NCBI GenBank assembly: GCA_963663995.1
Contig: OY760660.1
Coordinates: 1,110,001-1,142,000 of the forward strand
Reading direction: 5' to 3'
Origin: Erysipelotrichaceae bacterium
GTDB taxonomy: Bacteria > Bacillota_I > Bacilli_A > Erysipelotrichales > Erysipelotrichaceae
Length of the DNA stretch: 32,000 nt
The position numbers and the translations under genes were made by a program. Position 1 is the first letter of the stretch; every line of letters starts with the position of its first letter. The notes beneath the pieces were generated by a model. That model worked only from the letters and a program-made list of their open reading frames with translations, had not been told where the DNA came from and did not search any database. Positions 26,292-32,000 of this stretch are shown here, in pieces.

Positions 26292-26528
26292 TTCAACAAA
26301 TAAGATAAATCAAAATTGATTTTAAATAAAATTAGTTGGGCAATTTTCATATTTAAAAAGTGAGATTAATTTCTAATGCAAGTTTTTTTCGAGAAATGGC
26401 TTAGTTTCTTGAAATATTTTTTTTTTGCGTTACCATTAAATCATAAACAGGAAAATTGTTATTACAACCACTATGGACTGTTTATAAAACATCAATAATC
26501 CGTTGTGGTTATTAGAAAATACACTAAA

Positions 26529-26578
26529 CATTACTTGTTAAAAAAAACAAGCAATGTAGTCAAGAATTTGTTCTTGAC
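26529..26578. promoter_or_regulatory. Pair of dyad symmetries (candidate operator sites) in the region between the replication and integration modules
   Basis: CATTACTTGTT-A8-AACAAGCAATG (26529..26556) is followed immediately by the perfect palindrome GTCAAGAATTTGTTCTTGAC (26559..26578). Further hairpins lie at about 26625 and 26680. Confidence 0.35.
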
Positions 26579-27122
26579 ACACAAAATCCTTGTATGAATT
26601 AGCTTGATTTGTATGTAAATATGACCTTAAGTCAAGGTTTGATACATGGACACCTGTTTCAGGTATAAGATTTAAGAAATCGTATGCTACGATTTAATTA
26701 TTGAAAGGAAGTTGGTAGTTATAAGAGAAACACATGAACAATATTATTAATCTTCAAGAGATTAAAACAACAAACAAAAACGTTACTTAATACACATTGT
26801 TGTACAAATAAGTAATGTAATCGGGATATATAATCCTGATAATAAATGCATTGTATTTGATAAAAATAATAGTGAGTAACACTAATAAGAGTTAATAAAA
26901 TTATTACGCAAACCACTATTGAAAACAAGAGAGCGTAACATCAGTAATAAACAGCTGGTGGTCTAATCTTAAAAATTAGATTTGGGTATGTTCTCATTAA
27001 GGTATAAAATCCTTAGCAAACTAAAATTAGTGTATTGTCACTGGTGTTTTAAAAGAACTCAAATTTTACAACAATACATAATTTAATGAAGTAATAATTT
27101 GCAGAAAGTTGAGGATACAGAG

Positions 27123-27311
27123 ATGAATTTCTGTACAGTAAATACACTTATTGATTTCGGTTTTGCAAAAAACGAATCATATGAAATTATGCATGCGATG
27201 AAGGATGACTATACATCTGCTGGTTATCGTCTTGCTGTTAGATATTTAAGAATACCTATGGAATTTGCTAATCAATGGGCTAAAGATAATTTGGGTACAT
27301 CACTTATTTAA
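27123..27311 (+). CDS. Small protein (62 aa), possible excisionase or regulator
   Basis: ATG at 27123 after GAGGA. It is the first gene of a three-gene plus-strand set that ends with the integrase. No confident family match. Confidence 0.45.
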   Translation: MNFCTVNTLIDFGFAKNESYEIMHAMKDDYTSAGYRLAVRYLRIPMEFANQWAKDNLGTSLI

Positions 27312-27324
27312 AGGAGCTACACAC

Positions 27325-27789
27325 ATGAAAAAAATGAAAACAGAGAGATCAGAATCTTATTCTCTTTTTACTAAAGAAATTACAAATGATGTTCAATTAA
27401 CAAACGCAGAATTGAATCACCTTTTTGATGCTTTTATTGATAAATATGGAAAAAATTTTAAACATTCATATTTCAATACTGAGCAAATTTTGGAAACTTA
27501 CGATGAATTAATTAGAGATACATTAGGACTAGTTGATATTAGTAATTTAAATCAAAAAATAATCGATGATTGGGTTGAAGAGGAAGTAAAAATATTATTA
27601 GAAATATTTGGAGATGCACCAGAAATAGATATATGGTTAGAAAATTATATTAATCATAGTTTATCCATTCTAGAATATATTAAATTTTATGCGATGTTTG
27701 ATTTAAAAGTTACTTTGCATTATGACATTAGAAAAATTAATATTCACTCTGTTGAGTCAAAGATTAGGAGAAGAGAAAATGTTAAATAA
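27325..27789 (+). CDS. Hypothetical protein (154 aa)
   Basis: SD AAAGGAG precedes the ATG at 27325. The gene overlaps the integrase start by 11 nt. Confidence 0.6.
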   Translation: MKKMKTERSESYSLFTKEITNDVQLTNAELNHLFDAFIDKYGKNFKHSYFNTEQILETYDELIRDTLGLVDISNLNQKIIDDWVEEEVKILLEIFGDAPEIDIWLENYINHSLSILEYIKFYAMFDLKVTLHYDIRKINIHSVESKIRRRENVK

Positions 27790-29059
27790 AAAATTACCTA
27801 TTTACCCATTACATAAGGATTCAGACATTGGTTATAGAATTAGACCTTCATTAAGAAATCCTTATACACATCGAAGTGAACAGAAAGATTTTCAAGATAG
27901 TAATTGGACATATGAAGACGCAAAATATGAATTAGAAAAGATAAAGAAAAGACCCGATTTATACTTCAAACCTATTGATGAAGAAACTGAAGCAAAACAA
28001 AATATCGGAAAGGTTTTAATTAGTAAATCTATAGCAAAGCAGAACTCTATACAATCTATGACCTTAAATGAATTATACGAATTATGGCGCCAATATGCTT
28101 CAGAACATAAATATAAAGAATCCACGATACAAGGAAAAGAATATTCATATAATAATTACATCAGAGAAAAATTAGGCTTTGAAAAACTTAAAGACATTTC
28201 GCAAGCAATGGTTACAGATTGGTCCAATAAACTGGAGATAATTGAAATTGAAGAAAGAGATAAAACTGGTAAATTAATAAAGAAATTAATTGAGAAAAAA
28301 TTATCTGATAATACCAAGAGTCTTATTGTAGATGTAATGAATAATATAATTAAATATGCATCAGAATACCAAGGAATAGATTTAAAATTAGAAGCACCTA
28401 GATTTAAGAAAGATAAGAATGCTAGGGTTCCTATAACTTTATCAAATGATCAGCTAGCTGAATTTTTAAACATCATAAAAGCAGATAATTATTTATATTT
28501 TGCTTTTTTCTCCTTCTTAGCTCAAACAGGTGTCAGAAAAGGTGAAGCCAGGGGATTACTTTGTGATAAAATCGACTTCGTTAACAAGAGAGTTTTAATT
28601 GATAAAAATCTTGTTCGCTGTAAGAAAGGCAAAGAAAAGAATTCTAAAAGTTACACAGTCGGACCAACTAAAGGAAATGACTCTACATATCTACCTCTTA
28701 CAGATTACGAACTCATCCCTATAAGAAAATTAATTGATGAATATGAAAAGGAAGATGATTATAATCCAAAAGAGTATTTTGTCTTCGGTGGTTTAGAACC
28801 ACTGTCTGAATCTGATTTAGCCAGAAGACTTGCTAAATATAAAGCTAAACTTGAAGTATTATGTCCTGAGATTGATTCTAACTTTACATTTCATGATATT
28901 AGACACTCAACTGCCACTGACATAACAAACAATTATGGTATAAACGAAGCAAGAATGCAGTTAAGACACAAAGACCCTAAAACTACTGCTGGCTATGTTC
29001 ACACCGACATAAATAGAGAAATTAACGAAAAAAGAGCTAAATCTCTTCATAAACATTAG
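27779..29059 (+). CDS. Tyrosine recombinase / phage-type integrase
   Basis: ATG at 27779 after AGGAG. The C-terminal catalytic region has GVRKGEARGL, HDIRHSTATD and LRHKDPKTTAGYVH (R..H-x-x-R..Y). It lies adjacent to the tRNA-Leu att site. All three Trp codons are TGG. Confidence 0.9.
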   Translation: MLNKKLPIYPLHKDSDIGYRIRPSLRNPYTHRSEQKDFQDSNWTYEDAKYELEKIKKRPDLYFKPIDEETEAKQNIGKVLISKSIAKQNSIQSMTLNELYELWRQYASEHKYKESTIQGKEYSYNNYIREKLGFEKLKDISQAMVTDWSNKLEIIEIEERDKTGKLIKKLIEKKLSDNTKSLIVDVMNNIIKYASEYQGIDLKLEAPRFKKDKNARVPITLSNDQLAEFLNIIKADNYLYFAFFSFLAQTGVRKGEARGLLCDKIDFVNKRVLIDKNLVRCKKGKEKNSKSYTVGPTKGNDSTYLPLTDYELIPIRKLIDEYEKEDDYNPKEYFVFGGLEPLSESDLARRLAKYKAKLEVLCPEIDSNFTFHDIRHSTATDITNNYGINEARMQLRHKDPKTTAGYVHTDINREINEKRAKSLHKH

Positions 29060-29083
29060 GAATTGAGAACCAATTCCTTTTTT
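29059..29083 (+). terminator. Rho-independent terminator of the integrase gene
   Basis: GGAATTG-AGAAC-CAATTCC followed by TTTTTT. Confidence 0.7.
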
Positions 29084-29126
29084 AAAACTAGGGGCGAACT
29101 AGGGGTTTTTGTAAAACCCCTAGTTT
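29083..29126 (+). promoter_or_regulatory. Candidate integrase arm-type sites (ACTAGGGG twice direct, once inverted)
   Basis: TAAAACTAGGGGCGAACTAGGGG is followed by TTTTTGTAAAACCCCTAGTT, forming a 13-bp dyad. The unit matches 1682..1705. Confidence 0.45.
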
Positions 29127-29153
29127 TGGGGGTAGTATGAAAAAGACTAGACA

Positions 29154-29190
29154 TAAAAAAACCCAGTATTTATCGAGTAATACTGGGTTT
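29154..29190 (-). terminator. Terminator downstream of tRNA-Leu
   Basis: Minus strand AAACCCAGTATT-N8-AATACTGGGTTT followed by a T-run. Confidence 0.6.
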
Positions 29191-29202
29191 CGTGCATTTA
29201 AT

Positions 29203-29223
29203 TGGTGCGCGTGACAGGAATCG
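29203..29223. repeat. Proximal att direct repeat (3' end of the intact tRNA-Leu)
   Basis: Identical 21-mer to 1585..1605. Confidence 0.8.
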
Positions 29224-29287
29224 AACCTGCACGGGTCACCCCGCTAGATCCTAAGTCTAGTGCGTCTGCCAGTTTCGCCACACGCGC
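29203..29287 (-). tRNA. tRNA-Leu (anticodon UAG), class II with long variable arm, encoded CCA
   Basis: Folded by hand. Acceptor stem GCGCGTG/CACGCGC, anticodon stem CTAGA/TCTAG with loop CTTAGGA, variable arm CGGGGTGACCCGTG, and T-loop TTCGATT. 85 nt. Confidence 0.9.
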
Positions 29288-29335
29288 AAATGCTAGTAAA
29301 TTATAACATAAACCTTGTTTATGACAAATACTTAT

Positions 29336-29749
29336 TTAGTCTTTTTCAAAGATTAATAATTCATCTGTGTTTTCGAGAAATACTAGATGATTATCATTCA
29401 TTTCAAATCGATTTATTTTCGATAATAATTCATAATATTCCAATTCTAATTCATTTAACTCTGGATCCATACTAGCCATTTCAGTATGGAAGATATCAGA
29501 AAATTCTATTGAATCATTTTTTATGATAATAGATCCACCATAGTGGTTAACAGCTGATGTACCCTCTAATTTCCCATCCTTATCAATCGCTAATGTAATT
29601 CTCCCTTTTGATAAAATTTTGGTATCCAAACTTCCATCAATGAGATGATGTTCACCGATTATTTCTTGGGGAATATTGTTCGCAAATAAAAGAGAATATG
29701 CTGTAAATATTAATAGTGCTCCCAATACTACTTCAATGATTTTCTTCAA
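29336..29749 (-). CDS. Secreted or membrane-anchored META-domain (HslJ-like) protein
   Basis: N-terminal hydrophobic anchor. The pattern SAVNHYGGSIIIKNDSIEFSDIFHTEMASMDPELNELELEYYELLSKINRFEMNDNHLVFL fits a META domain. Confidence 0.5.
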   Translation of the reverse strand: MKKIIEVVLGALLIFTAYSLLFANNIPQEIIGEHHLIDGSLDTKILSKGRITLAIDKDGKLEGTSAVNHYGGSIIIKNDSIEFSDIFHTEMASMDPELNELELEYYELLSKINRFEMNDNHLVFLENTDELLIFEKD

Positions 29750-29761
29750 AAGATTAACCTC

Positions 29762-30274
29762 CTAAAAACCTGCTTCTAACATGCGTTTTTTAACAAGTTC
29801 TTTTTGTTGATGAAACCTTGAAATAAGATGTTTTGGAAAGACTGTCTCACTCATTTCTGATTCTAGTTCTTCCATACTTACCCATCTGTGATCAATCGTC
29901 TCTTTATCTTGGTATCGGATTTTAGGTTCATGATTTAGAAACAGAATATAACTAGACCAAATAGAAAAATCTTCTGCATGTTCCATCAAGAAATGCAAAC
30001 GAGAAAGGGATACATCTATTCCTGTTTCTTCATAGAGTTCTCTTTGAGCCGCACGATGTTTATCTTCACCTTTTAAAACAGAACCTGCGGTAATCTCCTA
30101 TAGATTACGAAAAGTTTTTTCAGGATGTCTTAAGGTTAATAAAATTTTACCCTCAGGATTAATTGAATAGATACAAACAATACGATGATACACACCTTTC
30201 GGTATTTTTTGGCCACGAATTAGATCATAGCCTAAGGCATTCCCTTCAAAATCTAATGCATCAAACAATTCCAT
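29762..30274 (-). pseudogene. Nudix hydrolase gene interrupted by a single in-frame TAG
   Basis: Single frame from the ATG at 30274. The Nudix box GSVLKGEDKHRAAQRELYEETGI lies just after a TAG at 30098..30100, which occupies the position of the usually conserved Trp (..FRNL*EITAGS..). The ORF track sees only 29762..29998. Confidence 0.65.
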
Positions 30275-30275
30275 A

Positions 30276-31139
30276 TTATTTTAAAGACCTAACATAGGCA
30301 ACAGCTTCTAGTCCTGCTGTGCATCCTTCACCAACTGCTTTTGCAATCTGCATAAGTCCTGGTGTACAATCACCGGCTGCAAATAGTCCAGGTACATTCG
30401 ACGCTTGTTTTTCATCTACAATAATTTTATTCTTTTCAACTAAGGCACCCATCTTAAGTGCTAAGTCGGTTGCGCTAGCTGAACCAACTGCCACAAATAC
30501 ACCAGCTACTTCAATGAGTTCACCATTTTCAAGTTGAACTCCTTTTACTGTATTTTCACCAATGATTTCCACTACTTTATCAGTGATGATTTGTACTCTT
30601 TCATCAAAATGACCACTTGCTTCTAAACCATTTGTAAAGACGATGACTTTATCGGCTACTTCAACTAATTCATGCGCTTCTTGTGCTGCATAATCAGCAT
30701 TACCTAAAACAGCTACAATTTTCTTACGATAGAAAAATGCATCACAAATCGCACAATATGATACACCCTTACCTTCGTAATTTTTTAAACCTTTTATAGG
30801 AAGGCTTGCGCGTGGAGACCCTGTCGCAAGTATGACTGCCTTTGCCTCATATTTACCTTGACTTGTAGATACATCAAATCCACCCATCATCGCGTAACTT
30901 ACACCTGTAACTTCTTCACTTTTTATTTCAATATCTAACTTTCGAGCTTGATCAAGTCCCTTTTCTAAAAGATCTGGTCCAGTAATCAAATCAAAACCAA
31001 AGTAATTCGCAATCTTATCTGTTTTCGCAAGAGCACCACCATCTTTGCCAATAATTAAAACATTCATATTTGCTCTTTTCGCATAGACTGCAGCTTGTAT
31101 TCCTGCTGGTCCTTTTCCACATACTATCACATCATACAT
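30276..31139 (-). CDS. trxB: Thioredoxin-disulfide reductase-like FAD/NAD(P) oxidoreductase
   Basis: Motifs VIVCGKGPAG (FAD), the redox CAIC within VSYCAICDAFFYRKK, VLGNADYAAQEA (NADPH) and GLFAAGDC. At 287 aa it is slightly short for TrxB. Confidence 0.75.
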   Translation of the reverse strand: MYDVIVCGKGPAGIQAAVYAKRANMNVLIIGKDGGALAKTDKIANYFGFDLITGPDLLEKGLDQARKLDIEIKSEEVTGVSYAMMGGFDVSTSQGKYEAKAVILATGSPRASLPIKGLKNYEGKGVSYCAICDAFFYRKKIVAVLGNADYAAQEAHELVEVADKVIVFTNGLEASGHFDERVQIITDKVVEIIGENTVKGVQLENGELIEVAGVFVAVGSASATDLALKMGALVEKNKIIVDEKQASNVPGLFAAGDCTPGLMQIAKAVGEGCTAGLEAVAYVRSLK

Positions 31140-31670
31140 TTAGGTACTGTCCTCTTAACTTTTGTTTAATATACACTAAAACCATTATAAAGGAAAAGCT
31201 TATGACTCTTTAATAAAATCATCCATTTTCATTTATTAAGTTTGGTTAAAGCGTTCTCTTCAAATGCATATTATTACTTTATAAAACTTCAATCTTCATT
31301 TTTTCATAAAGCATCTTGTCAATTTTCTTAAAAGCACTACAATTCCTCAAATAATTTAATAATAAGTTTTCTCTAAACAAATCTCTTTAACATAAAAAAA
31401 TGAATCATTTTTTCACTTTATTCTACATCGATTAATATAAATTTAAGCATCATTTATTACAAAATCTTACTCTGGAAGACTAAGTGAAAACTGCTTTGCT
31501 TTTTCAATCTATGATGTATGATTTAATACGGTTCTTGACATTAGAAGCGTGATACTCAAAGTTGCGATAAATACAAGAATAATCATTGGTGATATGACTA
31601 TTTATAATTATATGATGTGAATTTAACACTTATAATTTGAATTGCTCGTTTGGATGCTTAGAAGTTAAAA

Positions 31671-31693
31671 AAACAGATGAAATGCATCTGTTT
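31671..31693 (-). terminator. Rho-independent terminator
   Basis: AAACAGATG-N5-CATCTGTTT, with a T7 run on the minus strand. It overlaps the stop codon of the CBS/ACT gene. Confidence 0.65.
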
Positions 31694-32000
31694 ATCCAAT
31701 TTCGTCTACTGTATACCCGTGAGATTCCAACATTTTTTGAAGTTTTTTATGATCGGTACTATCACAACGAATGTGATAGCCGTCTTCAATGATTGCAGCA
31801 TGGGTGACGTTGATCTTATTTTCCGCAAACAATTTAGTAAAGTCGGCTAAGACACCTACTTGATTACTTGAGAAACGACCTGAAATTCTAGTTGAACCTT
31901 CTAGTGTGTGTCCCATTAATTCAACAAAGGTTTTTAAAACATCACCTGTTGTTAAAATACCCAGTAAGACATTCGCATCACCAACAACTGGTAGACAACC
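31692..32000 (-). CDS. 3' part of a CBS-pair plus ACT domain protein (AcuB-like), continues beyond the window
   Basis: The frame is open from the window edge. GCLPVVGDANVLLGILTTGDVLKTF is a CBS motif, and the C-terminal portion is ACT-like (GVLADFTKLFAENKINVTHAAI). Confidence 0.6.
   Translation of the reverse strand, partial: GCLPVVGDANVLLGILTTGDVLKTFVELMGHTLEGSTRISGRFSSNQVGVLADFTKLFAENKINVTHAAIIEDGYHIRCDSTDHKKLQKMLESHGYTVDEIG

Noticed and set aside
26719-26928. 69-aa minus-strand ORF
   Set aside because: The product is very hydrophobic and Cys/Tyr-rich, as is typical of random AT-rich frames. There is no SD, and it lies in a region full of stops on the other frames. The same reasoning applies to 21356..21565 and 29260..29475.
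25161-27000. Shared motifs GGT..TCTTAAAA and GGTATGTT near 25171 and 26960 as a repeated operator
   Set aside because: The matches are short, gapped and differently spaced. One copy lies inside a probable coding frame. The evidence is insufficient.
9900-29100. Calling the right-hand module a prophage or a conjugative element
   Set aside because: No terminase, portal, capsid, tail or lysis genes are recognisable, and no VirB4, VirD4 or relaxase genes either, even after table-4 translation of the parts I checked. A satellite- or integrative-plasmid-like element fits better.
3513-30537. Antisense or embedded track ORFs (3513, 4344, 4859, 5539, 8267, 11160, 11832, 12677, 12995, 15088, 16654, 20059, 21186, 22246, 23010, 27892, 30319, 1914)
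   Set aside because: Each lies inside, and opposite to or out of frame with, a longer gene that has recognisable motifs. They are shadow ORFs.

Overview
This is an AT-rich chromosome segment, low-GC Firmicutes/Mollicutes-like by eye. Every Trp codon in the backbone genes is TGG.

A 21-nt copy of the 3' end of tRNA-Leu(UAG) (gene at 29203..29287, minus strand) recurs at 1585..1605. The two copies bracket a composite integrated island of about 27.6 kb, with a tyrosine integrase (27779..29059) next to the tRNA.

- **Left part of the island:** a BglG/RAT-controlled beta-glucoside-type PTS operon that ends in an unrecognised 339-345 aa protein, an intact ISL3-type IS with a target-site duplication, and a PASTA-domain lipoprotein.
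- **Right part (about 9.9-29.1 kb), which looks like a satellite or integrative-plasmid element:** an m5C methyltransferase, a resolvase with res-like sites, a type IIS R-M cassette (AlwI-family nuclease plus two Dam-like methylases), an AEP primase-polymerase/Rep, a signal peptidase I, a tandem array of three paralogous small genes, and a replication-relaxation-like protein.
- **Right flank, ordinary genes:** a META-domain protein, a Nudix gene with one in-frame TAG, a trxB-like gene and a CBS/ACT protein.

The key observation is that seven island reading frames carry 32 in-frame TGA codons in total and are intact only if TGA encodes Trp (table 4). In the methyltransferase these TGAs sit at conserved Trp positions. 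These frames are interleaved with TGG-only genes, some of which appear to terminate at TGA.

No CRISPR array, rRNA, phage structural genes or type IV secretion genes were seen.
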